This document shows, one piece after another, positions 39,863 to 49,269 of a stretch of DNA of 64,000 bases (its first letter is position 1; every line of letters starts with the position of its first letter). The position numbers and the translations under genes are program-made. The stretch lies in contig CAKOIQ010000004.1 of the NCBI GenBank assembly GCA_934086935.1, positions 8,117 through 72,116 on the forward strand. The letters are read 5' to 3'. The DNA comes from an uncultured Bacilli bacterium (lineage in GTDB: Bacteria; Bacillota_I; Bacilli_A; RF39; UBA660). A model generated the notes under the pieces. It saw nothing but the letters and a program-made list of their open reading frames with translations, was not told the origin of the DNA and made no database searches.

Positions 39863-41074
39863 ATGAAGAATAAAAGAAAAGCAAAAAATAAAAAACCGAC
39901 ATTTGAATTGTGGGAAGTAATAATTATAACTCTTGTCGCATCCATAATAATGGCTGTAAGTACAGGATGTCTTGTTTATAACAATAAAAAAGAAAAATGC
40001 TACACTTCAAATGATTCTAAATATTTAGCTGAATTTGAAAAGTCATATAAAAATATTTTGGATAATTATTATGATGAAGTAGATGAAAACAAACTTGTAG
40101 AAGCTGCAATAAGTGGCATGTTAAGTTATTTAGGCGATCCTTATACTACATATTTAAATGAAAATAGTACTACTATTTTAAATGATTCATTAAATGGTAC
40201 ATATGAAGGTGTAGGAATTGAAGTAACAACTACTGAAACGGGAAAAATTAATATTGTAAATGTATTTGATGATTCTCCAGCTCAAAAAGTCGGACTTCGT
40301 TCAGGCGATATTATTACAAAAATAAATGATGTTGAAATGTCAGATAAGACATCAAATGATGCTGTTTCAATTATTCAAAAAAATAAAAAAGTAAAAATTG
40401 AAGTAAATAGAAATTCTAAAATATTATCTTTCGATTTAGAAAAAAAATCACTTTATGTTCCTTCTATTTCATCTGAAGTTAAAGAATACAACAATCAAAA
40501 AGTAGGATATATTAAAATTAATAAGTTTTCAGACACAACATATGAACAATTCAAAAAAGAATTAACTACTCTAGAATCTAAAGAAATAAATAGTCTTATT
40601 ATTGATGTAAGAAATAACACTGGTGGATATTTATCTGATGCAACTAACATTGCTAAATTATTTCTACAAAAAGGAAAAATTATTTATTCATTACAAAATA
40701 AATTAACTAAAGAGGATACTGTAGATGATACTGATGAAAACAGAAATTATAAAGTTTATGTACTCATAAATAATGGATCAGCCTCAGCATCAGAAGTATT
40801 AGCAGCAGCATTAAAATATAGTTATGGTTCAACACTTATTGGTGTAAAATCATATGGAAAAGGTAAAGTACAAAAAACTTCAACATTAAGTGATGGAACT
40901 ATGTTTAAATATACATCCGCAAAGTGGTTAACTCCTAAAGGAAATTGTATAGATGAAATAGGTTTAACACCAGATATAGAAGTCAATTTATCAGAAGAAT
41001 ACATGAATGATAGAGTACCTGAAAAAGATAATCAATTACAAACTGCACTATTTGAAATAACAAAAGCACAATAA
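39863..41074 (+). CDS. S41 C-terminal processing peptidase with PDZ domain
   Basis: PDZ (SPAQKVGLRSGDIITKIND), catalytic region NNGSASASEVLAAALK and GKGKVQ. Confidence 0.85.
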   Translation: MKNKRKAKNKKPTFELWEVIIITLVASIIMAVSTGCLVYNNKKEKCYTSNDSKYLAEFEKSYKNILDNYYDEVDENKLVEAAISGMLSYLGDPYTTYLNENSTTILNDSLNGTYEGVGIEVTTTETGKINIVNVFDDSPAQKVGLRSGDIITKINDVEMSDKTSNDAVSIIQKNKKVKIEVNRNSKILSFDLEKKSLYVPSISSEVKEYNNQKVGYIKINKFSDTTYEQFKKELTTLESKEINSLIIDVRNNTGGYLSDATNIAKLFLQKGKIIYSLQNKLTKEDTVDDTDENRNYKVYVLINNGSASASEVLAAALKYSYGSTLIGVKSYGKGKVQKTSTLSDGTMFKYTSAKWLTPKGNCIDEIGLTPDIEVNLSEEYMNDRVPEKDNQLQTALFEITKAQ

Positions 41075-41126
41075 TTTATTTATTATGCTTTTTTATGTGA
41101 TATAATTAAATTGCAGGGGTGAGCAC

Positions 41127-41873
41127 ATGAAAAAAGTATATTTTAAAAATTATGATTTAGAAATTAAATTAACTCCATTTATTAATATAATTGGAACCAT
41201 TAATAGTGGCAAAACCACACTATTAAGAACCTTAATAAATCAAACACATTCATCAAATTTAGTTATTGATGAAACACCAGCAAGTAATTTAGACATTACA
41301 TTTTTAAGAAAAAATATTGCAGCAGTTTTAAATAATTTTGAATTTAAAACTAATTATGTTAAAGAAGAGTTGTTATATTATCAACATATTTTAAATATTA
41401 ATGATAACATTGCATATAAAAATATAGACAAATTTGCTAAGTTTTTTGAAATTGAAGAATTACTAGAATCCAAAATAGAATATTTAACAATATATGAAAA
41501 AGCATATATTAAAATATTGTCATTACTTATAATTAATCCTAGTGTTCTTGGAATTGATGACATGTTAACCTATCTAACTGTAAATCAGAAGTTAAAAATA
41601 ATTAAATATGCAAAAAATAATAAAATTAGTATTTTAAATGTAACTACAAATCCTGAAGAATTATTATATGGCACTGACATAATTATTTTAGATGATAGTC
41701 ATGTAGTTGCTTATGAACCATCAGATATAATATTGTCTGATGATAAATACCTATCTAAAATAGGAATGCATTTACCGTTTATTGTCGAGATGAGTACAAA
41801 TTTAAATTATTATGATTTATTAAAGAAAAAATATTTTGATATGAAAACTTTAGTAGGTGAACTATGGAAATAA
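41127..41873 (+). CDS. EcfA-like ABC ATPase homolog with degenerate catalytic motifs
   Basis: Walker A kept (GTINSGKTT). LTIYEKAY replaces LSGGQ, GIDDM replaces Walker B DE, no Q-loop Gln, TTN replaces the H-loop. EcfA-type C-terminal helices (LPFIVEMSTNL). Sits in the ecfA1 slot upstream of truA. Confidence 0.55.
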   Translation: MKKVYFKNYDLEIKLTPFINIIGTINSGKTTLLRTLINQTHSSNLVIDETPASNLDITFLRKNIAAVLNNFEFKTNYVKEELLYYQHILNINDNIAYKNIDKFAKFFEIEELLESKIEYLTIYEKAYIKILSLLIINPSVLGIDDMLTYLTVNQKLKIIKYAKNNKISILNVTTNPEELLYGTDIIILDDSHVVAYEPSDIILSDDKYLSKIGMHLPFIVEMSTNLNYYDLLKKKYFDMKTLVGELWK

Positions 41874-42481
41874 TGTATGTTAATAAAGCAAGTACCAATT
41901 ATTTTTCAAGCAAAAATTTTATTGGCTTTTATGGAGAAATAAAAGATTTAACAGCCTTATTAGATGATATAAAGATATCAACACTAAAGAAAAATTCAAA
42001 AGTCAGTAGAAATATTCCCAAAAACAAAATGTATAACGAAATTTTAAATATAACAAACGATTTACTAAAGAGAAAAACAAATGAATTAAGCTATGGAGAA
42101 TACAAATTAGTCTTATTACTTCATACTATATCATTAGAACCAGAAGTAATAATTTTAAACAATTTTGATTTAGGTTTTAATAATAAAATTAAATCTAAAA
42201 TATCTAAACTAATTAAAACCGTAAATGCTGAACACAAAACAAATTTTATAATTATTTCTAATGATATAAACTTTATTAATAAAACTTCTAAACACATTAT
42301 TATCTCTAAAAATAAAGTTATCAAATATCAAGGAGACCTTTTAACCGCTATAAAGCAAGGATTTATTGATAAACCACCAATTATTACATTTATTGATATG
42401 GCAAATGAAAAAGGTGCTAACTTAGAATACACGCTAGATAATAAAGAATTGTTAAAAGGAATATACAGGAGTGTATTTTAA
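41864..42481 (+). CDS. Second EcfA-like ABC ATPase homolog, Walker A absent
   Basis: GFYGEIKDLT at the Walker A position, LSYGEYK for the signature, IILNNFD for Walker B, ISND for the H-loop. 10-nt overlap with the upstream ORF and 1-nt overlap with truA. Confidence 0.45.
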   Translation: MEIMYVNKASTNYFSSKNFIGFYGEIKDLTALLDDIKISTLKKNSKVSRNIPKNKMYNEILNITNDLLKRKTNELSYGEYKLVLLLHTISLEPEVIILNNFDLGFNNKIKSKISKLIKTVNAEHKTNFIIISNDINFINKTSKHIIISKNKVIKYQGDLLTAIKQGFIDKPPIITFIDMANEKGANLEYTLDNKELLKGIYRSVF

Positions 42482-43197
42482 TGAGATATCTTGCTAGTGT
42501 AAGCTATGATGGCAGTAAATTTTATGGCTTTCAAAAATTAAAAAATCATAAAACAATACAAAGCGAACTAGAAAAAGCATTAACAAAGATAAATAAAACA
42601 GTAGTATACGTAAAAGGTTCTGGACGCACAGATCGTGGCGTTCATGCTTTCAATCAATATATATCATTTGATTTAAATGTTAATATCCCAACCGATCATA
42701 TCAAAGAAGCGTTAAATTCCTTAATTGCTCCATCAATATACATTAACTCAGTTATCGAAGTAAGTGATAATTTTCATGCTCGCTTTGATGTCAAAAAGAA
42801 AATTTATGAATATGTTATAAATCTAGGTGAATATGATCCAATAGATAATGATTATATTTATAATTACTGTCATAAATTAAACATAAGAAGCATGAAAAGA
42901 GCTGCAAAATATTTGATCGGTTTCCATTCATATAAAGAATTTGTATCAGGTGAAAGAGAAAACTATAATAGTATCATTTATAAAATTAAATTTTATAAAC
43001 GCAAAGATATTTTACTTATTAGATTTGAAGGCAAAAGTTTTTATAGGTACATGGTTAGAAATATTGTAGGTGCTTTAATATCAGTTGGTGAAAATAAAAT
43101 GCCGCCAGAATATATAAAGGAAATGTTAGAAGGAAATAAACACAATTATATAACTGTACCCCCTACAGGACTATATCTAAGAGATGTTAAATATTGA
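42481..43197 (+). CDS. truA: tRNA pseudouridine(38-40) synthase
   Basis: YDGSKFYGFQ, GSGRTDRGVHA. Confidence 0.9.
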   Translation: MRYLASVSYDGSKFYGFQKLKNHKTIQSELEKALTKINKTVVYVKGSGRTDRGVHAFNQYISFDLNVNIPTDHIKEALNSLIAPSIYINSVIEVSDNFHARFDVKKKIYEYVINLGEYDPIDNDYIYNYCHKLNIRSMKRAAKYLIGFHSYKEFVSGERENYNSIIYKIKFYKRKDILLIRFEGKSFYRYMVRNIVGALISVGENKMPPEYIKEMLEGNKHNYITVPPTGLYLRDVKY

Positions 43198-43247
43198 CAT
43201 TTTACCAAATAAAAGTTATATTTATTAAGATAATAGAGAGGTACCAT

Positions 43248-43895
43248 ATGAAAAATAAAAAGTTAATATATTTAGGTGCATTTGTAACAATAGTTTTAAT
43301 AATTGTAGGTATTATTTTGATAAAAAGTAACTTAAAACCATCCAAAAACAATTCAAAAGAATCTATTGAAATTGTTAATGGAATTAAAATTGAGCATTCA
43401 TCTAAAACAACATTAAAAACATATTTACAAGATAAAGTCGACCACAAAAAAATTAATGAGGTAACAGAACCAAAATTAATTTTTAATATGAATAGTAATA
43501 ATGAAAGTTTTGATTACTATAATAAAATTATTAAAGTAGAAATTAAAGACAACCAAGTTAATTTTATATCCGGAAGCAAAACTATAATATCATTAAAAGA
43601 AAATAAAGATATTAAAGCTTATAGTATAAATAACAATGGTTTATTATTTGAAACAAATAATGCAATATCCGTAATAAATAATAATAATATTGTTCTTCTA
43701 TCAAATATGAAAATAGATGAAAATGCAGAACCATTGGTTTCAGGCAAAAAATTATATTATGGAACTTCTTCTTGCCATGGTTTAAAATCAAACGGCAAAG
43801 AAGGAGAAGTTGTAGAAATATTTGAACTCAATTTAGAAAAAAATACAATTCAAAAAATAGCCAATTTAGATCATAATAAAGGCTGGAAATGTTAG
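43248..43895 (+). CDS. Membrane-anchored exported protein of unknown function
   Basis: RBS AGAGAGG plus ATG 43248 gives MKNKKLIYLGAFVTIVLIIVGIILI as a signal anchor; no motif recognised. Confidence 0.35.
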   Translation: MKNKKLIYLGAFVTIVLIIVGIILIKSNLKPSKNNSKESIEIVNGIKIEHSSKTTLKTYLQDKVDHKKINEVTEPKLIFNMNSNNESFDYYNKIIKVEIKDNQVNFISGSKTIISLKENKDIKAYSINNNGLLFETNNAISVINNNNIVLLSNMKIDENAEPLVSGKKLYYGTSSCHGLKSNGKEGEVVEIFELNLEKNTIQKIANLDHNKGWKC

Positions 43896-43925
43896 CAAAC
43901 TACCATGTTTGCTATTTATTTTAAA
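43893..43925 (+). terminator. Intrinsic terminator
   Basis: tagcaaac / gtttgcta stem including the stop codon, followed by a T-rich tail. Confidence 0.65.
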
Positions 43926-43962
43926 AAAAATTTGCTATAATAAATAAAGAAGGTGATGAACA

Positions 43963-45009
43963 ATGTCTTACATAGTAAATAATCATAATGTTTTCTTGAT
44001 TTTACTAACAACTTTAATTTCAAGTCTGATATTAGTTCCAATTGTAAAGAAAATAGCAAATCATATTGGTGCCATTGATTATCCAAATGAAAGAAAAGTG
44101 CATAAAAAACCGATTCCAAGATTAGGCGGTTTAGCAATATTTTTATCATTTTTAATTGGATACATATTTTTTGGTCAGGTAACAACTCAAATGATATCCA
44201 TATTAATAGGCAGTTTTATTATCATAATATTAGGAATATGTGATGATGTTAAACCTGTTCCTGCTAGGTATAAATTTCTTGTTCAAATAATAGCTGCTTG
44301 TATAGTTGTATTTTATGGACAAATATATATTGACATGATAAGCATTTTTGGCTTAGAAATAGAATTTGGTAACTGGGGATATCCATTAGCGGTATTATTA
44401 ATAGTTTCAATAATAAATGCTATTAATTTAATTGATGGATTAGATGGTTTAGCCGCGGGAACCAGTTCAATATTCTTTTTGACCATATCAGTCATTGCTT
44501 TCTATCTTGATCGCCTAAATGGATTAGATGTAATTTTATGTTTAATCATGCTTGGATCAACTCTCGGCTTTCTTGCTTATAATTTTAATCCCGCATCAAT
44601 TTTTATGGGTGATACTGGAAGTATGTTTCTAGGATTTATGATATCAGTTACTGCTCTTTTAGGATATAAAGGTGCTACTGTAACATCACTAATAATTCCC
44701 ATACTAATATTATTTTTACCAATATTAGATACAATTCTTGCGATATTTAGAAGACTATTAAAAGGTGAAAATATTGGTGCACCTGATAAAGAACATTTAC
44801 ATCATCAATTATTAAAATTAAATAAATCAACTAAAAAAACTGTATTAATAATGTACGCATTTAACATGTTATGTGCACTAATATCTATTTTATATGCCTT
44901 AGGTGATAATAAATTAGCAATTTTACTATATTCAGTATTATTAATAATTACGTTAATATTAATATTTAAAACTGATATATTATTTAAACATAATCAAAAA
45001 GACAAGTAA
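43963..45009 (+). CDS. MraY/WecA-family polyprenyl-phosphate sugar-1-phosphate transferase (TagO-like)
   Basis: NERKVHKKPIPRLGG, NAINLIDGLDGLAAG, PASIFMGDTGSMFLGF. Confidence 0.8.
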   Translation: MSYIVNNHNVFLILLTTLISSLILVPIVKKIANHIGAIDYPNERKVHKKPIPRLGGLAIFLSFLIGYIFFGQVTTQMISILIGSFIIIILGICDDVKPVPARYKFLVQIIAACIVVFYGQIYIDMISIFGLEIEFGNWGYPLAVLLIVSIINAINLIDGLDGLAAGTSSIFFLTISVIAFYLDRLNGLDVILCLIMLGSTLGFLAYNFNPASIFMGDTGSMFLGFMISVTALLGYKGATVTSLIIPILILFLPILDTILAIFRRLLKGENIGAPDKEHLHHQLLKLNKSTKKTVLIMYAFNMLCALISILYALGDNKLAILLYSVLLIITLILIFKTDILFKHNQKDK

Positions 45010-45057
45010 ATCAGCAATTAAATAGGTTTATTCCTATTTATTAATGCTGATTTTTTT
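45009..45057 (+). terminator. Long imperfect hairpin terminator
   Basis: aatcagcaattaaatagg / cctatttattaatgctgatt arms followed by T7. Confidence 0.65.
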
Positions 45058-45081
45058 GATACAATAATAACGTGATGAAGT

Positions 45082-46083
45082 ATGAAATTATATTTATATG
45101 ATTTTGATGGTACCATTTATGATGGCGATTCTTCAGTAGATTTTTTTAAATATTGTCTAAAAAAAGAACCACAATTAAAAAGAATGTTACCTAAAATTGC
45201 ATTAAAATTTTTAAAATATAAATTAAAATTAATAACCGTAACAGAATTAAAAGAATACATATTTTCTTTTGTTAAATATTTTGAAGATATAGATAAAGAA
45301 GTTAAAAATTTCTGGAAAGTAAATAAAAATAAATTAAAAAGTTTTTACATGATAAAGGATCATAAGAATGATATTATAATATCAGCATCACCAGAGTTTT
45401 TATTAAAACCTATTTGTGACGAATTAAAAGTTAAAAATCTTATTGCTTCCGATGTTGACAAAAAAACTGGACATTTTAATAAAGAAAATAACTACAAAGA
45501 AGAAAAGGTTAGAAGATTTAGAGAACTATATAAGGATGATATCATTGAAGAAATGTATAGTGATAGTCTTAATGATAAACCCCTATTGGATTTAGCTAAT
45601 AAAAGTTATTTTATTAAAAAAAATACAATCTATGAGTATAGAACCTACAAACCAAATTTAATAATAAGACTATGGAATTGGTGTTGGAGTATCTATCATA
45701 AAAAAGAAGAGGTTTGGAATTATTTAATTGTTGGTGGTTTAACAACCGTTGTCAGTATTGCAACATTTGGAATTTGTTCAAAAGTAATGGCACTTGATTT
45801 GATCACATCAAATATCCTATCTTGGATATGTGCGGTATTATTTGCTTATTATACAAATCGACTTTTTGTTTTTAAAAGTAAAAATAAAAACATTACTAAA
45901 GAATTTATATCTTTTACTGGCTCTAGAGTACTAACTTTATTATTAGATACAGGTTTAATGGTATTAATGGTTAAATCAATGAAAATAGATGAATTAATTG
46001 CTAAAATAATAGTACAATTTGTGATTGTAATAGCGAACTACATTATAAGTAAATTAATTGTATTTAAAAAAAATAAGGAGTGA
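45082..46083 (+). CDS. Fusion protein: HAD-IB-type phosphatase domain + GtrA-like membrane domain
   Basis: N-terminal LYDFDGTIYDGDS (DxDGT), ...SDSLNDKPLL. C-terminal four-TM GtrA pattern (YLIVGGLTTVVS...YYTNRLFVFKS...VIANYIISKLIVF). Confidence 0.65.
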   Translation: MKLYLYDFDGTIYDGDSSVDFFKYCLKKEPQLKRMLPKIALKFLKYKLKLITVTELKEYIFSFVKYFEDIDKEVKNFWKVNKNKLKSFYMIKDHKNDIIISASPEFLLKPICDELKVKNLIASDVDKKTGHFNKENNYKEEKVRRFRELYKDDIIEEMYSDSLNDKPLLDLANKSYFIKKNTIYEYRTYKPNLIIRLWNWCWSIYHKKEEVWNYLIVGGLTTVVSIATFGICSKVMALDLITSNILSWICAVLFAYYTNRLFVFKSKNKNITKEFISFTGSRVLTLLLDTGLMVLMVKSMKIDELIAKIIVQFVIVIANYIISKLIVFKKNKE

Positions 46084-46087
46084 GAAT

Positions 46088-46717
46088 ATGAAAAAAATTA
46101 TAGGATATTATCGTGATTGTGATTTTCTTACGATGACAGGTACTTGTATGGCATTACTTGGAATTGTATTTGCTATAAATGGAAATAGATTATTGCCAAT
46201 ATTTTGTTTAATATTATCTGGCATTTGTGATGCATTTGACGGAAAATTGGCTAGAAGAAGAGAATCAACAAAAGAACAAAATGTTTATGGAGTACAACTA
46301 GATTCATTATCTGATTTAATATCATTTGGAGTTTTTCCTCTAGTATTAACAGTTACATGCTTACCTAAGAATTCATATCTTGTGTGGGTAGCAATGATTT
46401 TTTATTCATTATGTGGAATGATAAGGTTGGCATACTTCAATACCTTAGATATTTGCAATAAAAGTGAAAAGGGATATTTTATAGGAGCACCTATCACAAC
46501 AATATCTATTATCTATCCCATCGTATATTTAATAAGTTTCTTTAATAAATTTAATAACTTTTCCATAATATCATCAGTATTCTTTGTAATTGTAGGAATT
46601 TCATTCATATACAGAATTAAAATTAAAAAATTAGATGATAAAGGTAAAGTAGTTTTATCAATATTGGGAGTAATATTAATTATAGTTGTACTAGCCAAAA
46701 TGATATTTTTTAAATAA
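46088..46717 (+). CDS. pssA: CDP-alcohol phosphatidyltransferase (phosphatidylserine synthase-like)
   Basis: DAFDGKLARRR...GVQLDSLSDLISFGVFP = D-G-x2-A-R...G-x3-D-x3-D. AAGGAG RBS favours ATG 46088. Confidence 0.7.
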   Translation: MKKIIGYYRDCDFLTMTGTCMALLGIVFAINGNRLLPIFCLILSGICDAFDGKLARRRESTKEQNVYGVQLDSLSDLISFGVFPLVLTVTCLPKNSYLVWVAMIFYSLCGMIRLAYFNTLDICNKSEKGYFIGAPITTISIIYPIVYLISFFNKFNNFSIISSVFFVIVGISFIYRIKIKKLDDKGKVVLSILGVILIIVVLAKMIFFK

Positions 46718-46796
46718 TAATTGATAACTTAAAAAGTTATCTTTTTTTAAAGGAAAATTAATAGTTTTAGTTAATATAAATAATAAAGGGAGTAAA

Positions 46797-48674
46797 ATGA
46801 TCAGATTAGAAAATGTCACTAAAACTATAAATAATAACAAAATAATAAAAAATATAAATTTAACATTTCGTCCAAATGAGTTAGTTTGTATATTAGGGCC
46901 ATCGGGAAGTGGAAAAACAACAATATTAAATTTAATTGGTAATAATGATGAACCAACTTCAGGAAATATCTATCTAGGTAATTTAAATATTAAAAGTATT
47001 AAAACTGAACAGTATCACAATGAAATAGTTAGTTATATATTTCAAGATTATAATTTAATAGATAACTTAAATATTAAAGATAATATAGAATTGCCATTAA
47101 AGTTAACAAATAATAAAATTAATTCTAATAAATTTACTAACATAATTAATAGATTAAATCTATCAAAACTAATGTCAAAAAAAATTAAGTATTTAAGTGG
47201 TGGTGAAAAACAAAGAGTAGCCATTGCTAGGTCTTTATTTTCAAATAATAAAATTATTTTAGCAGATGAACCAACTGGAGCTCTCGATTCTTACAATAGT
47301 GAAAGAATTATGAGAATTTTAAAAAAAATATCTAAACACAAATTAGTAATAGTAGTTACTCATAATCAAGAATTAGCGAAAAAATATGCCACGAGAATAG
47401 TTAAAATCAAAGATGGAAAAGTTTCAGAGGATAGTAATCCTTGCAATAAAATATATGATTACACTCTACACAAAAATAAAATAAAATTAAAAAATAAAAC
47501 TATTTTTAACCTATGTATAAACAATATAAAATCCAAACTAGGTAGAAACATTTTAAAAATAATTGCATTTAGTATTAGTACTTTTTTTCTGACCTTAATT
47601 TTATCTATAAATCAAGGTTTAAATGAAGAAATAAATGATTTAAATCAAAATAATTATTATACATATCCATTAATTATTAGTTCTTACGCTAATGATAAAT
47701 ATAATTTAAAAATGAAAAATAATGAATCTAACGAAATAAATATAAATAAATACACAATAAAAAATAACATAGACACTAAACTAATAGATTTATTAAAATC
47801 ATTAAATAAAGATTATTATAATGGAATTTCTTATAATAAAACCATGAATAACTCATACGGTGCATTATTTATTTCAAATCCATCAAATCAATTATTTAAT
47901 TTAATAAAAGGCACGCTACCACAAAATGATCAAGAAGTAATGCTTTTAATTGATAACAATAATGCAATTGATGAACAACTTCAAAATTACATGAACATTA
48001 AAGGAAACAATTATAATGATTATTTAGGTAAAACCCTATTAATTGAAAACATTGAAGTTATAATAACAGGAATTGTAAAAAGTACTAATGATTATTTAGC
48101 ATCTCAAAATGGAATTGTTTATAATTCTAATCTTATCAACAGTCAAATAGATTCTATATCAATTTTTCCTAAATCAAAAGAAGGAAAAGAAAAGATTAAA
48201 ACTGTTTTAAAGGATTATCAAATTATTGACGAAGCTAAAGAAATAACAGATATTATAAACAAAATAATAAAAATTATTACTTATATTTTAGTAATATTCA
48301 GTGTTTCTGCATTTATAATAACAATCATAATGATGAATATTATGTCATACATTGAAGTTATTGAAAGACAAAAAGAAATAGGTATTTTAAAAACTTTAGG
48401 TACTAAAAATAAAGATATTAAAAAAATATTTATTCAAGAAAACATAATAATAGGTTTAATATCTTCAACTATATCCTTGGTAAATATTTACTTATTTTCA
48501 CAAATAATTAATCCTGTAATATTTAATAAAATAGGTTTATCATCACTAGTAACATTAAATATTAAAATAATTATTATAATATTATCAATAAGTTATATAT
48601 TAAGTAAAATAAGTGGTTACATACCATCGATTATTGCTTCTAAAAAGAAAATAACAGATATTTTAAGATCATAA
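46797..48674 (+). CDS. Fused ABC ATPase + FtsX-type permease (MacB-like)
   Basis: GPSGSGKTT, LSGGEKQRVAIAR, ILADEPTGALD, then TM, a large loop and a C-terminal FtsX 3-TM bundle (KEIGILKTLG). Confidence 0.8.
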   Translation: MIRLENVTKTINNNKIIKNINLTFRPNELVCILGPSGSGKTTILNLIGNNDEPTSGNIYLGNLNIKSIKTEQYHNEIVSYIFQDYNLIDNLNIKDNIELPLKLTNNKINSNKFTNIINRLNLSKLMSKKIKYLSGGEKQRVAIARSLFSNNKIILADEPTGALDSYNSERIMRILKKISKHKLVIVVTHNQELAKKYATRIVKIKDGKVSEDSNPCNKIYDYTLHKNKIKLKNKTIFNLCINNIKSKLGRNILKIIAFSISTFFLTLILSINQGLNEEINDLNQNNYYTYPLIISSYANDKYNLKMKNNESNEININKYTIKNNIDTKLIDLLKSLNKDYYNGISYNKTMNNSYGALFISNPSNQLFNLIKGTLPQNDQEVMLLIDNNNAIDEQLQNYMNIKGNNYNDYLGKTLLIENIEVIITGIVKSTNDYLASQNGIVYNSNLINSQIDSISIFPKSKEGKEKIKTVLKDYQIIDEAKEITDIINKIIKIITYILVIFSVSAFIITIIMMNIMSYIEVIERQKEIGILKTLGTKNKDIKKIFIQENIIIGLISSTISLVNIYLFSQIINPVIFNKIGLSSLVTLNIKIIIIILSISYILSKISGYIPSIIASKKKITDILRS

Positions 48675-48705
48675 TTATTATGGTATAATTTTATTGGTGA
48701 TGAAA

Positions 48706-49269
48706 ATGATAATACCAGTAGGAGTAAGTAAAAGACATGTTCATATAACTAAAGAAACCTGCTTAAAACTATTTAATACTGATCAATTAGAAGAAAGAAA
48801 TCCTTTAAACCAACCAGGACAATTTGCTAGCACATCTACGGTTGATATAAAAGTTGAAGACAAGATAATTAATCATGTAAGAGTGGTTGGTCCTTTAAGA
48901 TCTTATAACCAAGTTGAAATTTCTCAAACTGAAGCTGATTATTTTGGAGTGAAACCACCTCGCAGACAAAGTGGAGAACTTGATGGCAGTTTACCAGTTA
49001 CTTTAATTGGACCATTTGGAGAAGTAAAATTAACAAGTGGATTAATTTTAGCAGAAAGGCACATTCATATGGATCCATCTACCGCAATTCAATTAGATTT
49101 AACTAATAAAGAAAAAGTAAACGTATATCAAAATGATCATTATCTTTTTGATGCTCTAATAAAAATATCTGATCCAGCTTTCATTGAGATTCATATAGAT
49201 ACCGATGAAGAAATTGAATATAATATACATCAAAATGATAAGGTAGAATTTAAAAAATGTGGAAAATAG
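48706..49269 (+). CDS. pduL: PduL-type phosphate acyltransferase
   Basis: Duplicated PduL motifs: IPVGVSKRHVH...GQFA and ILAERHIHM. Extended -10 TGgTATAAT 48681-89 lies just upstream, so the start is ATG 48700 or 48706. Confidence 0.7.
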   Translation: MIIPVGVSKRHVHITKETCLKLFNTDQLEERNPLNQPGQFASTSTVDIKVEDKIINHVRVVGPLRSYNQVEISQTEADYFGVKPPRRQSGELDGSLPVTLIGPFGEVKLTSGLILAERHIHMDPSTAIQLDLTNKEKVNVYQNDHYLFDALIKISDPAFIEIHIDTDEEIEYNIHQNDKVEFKKCGK

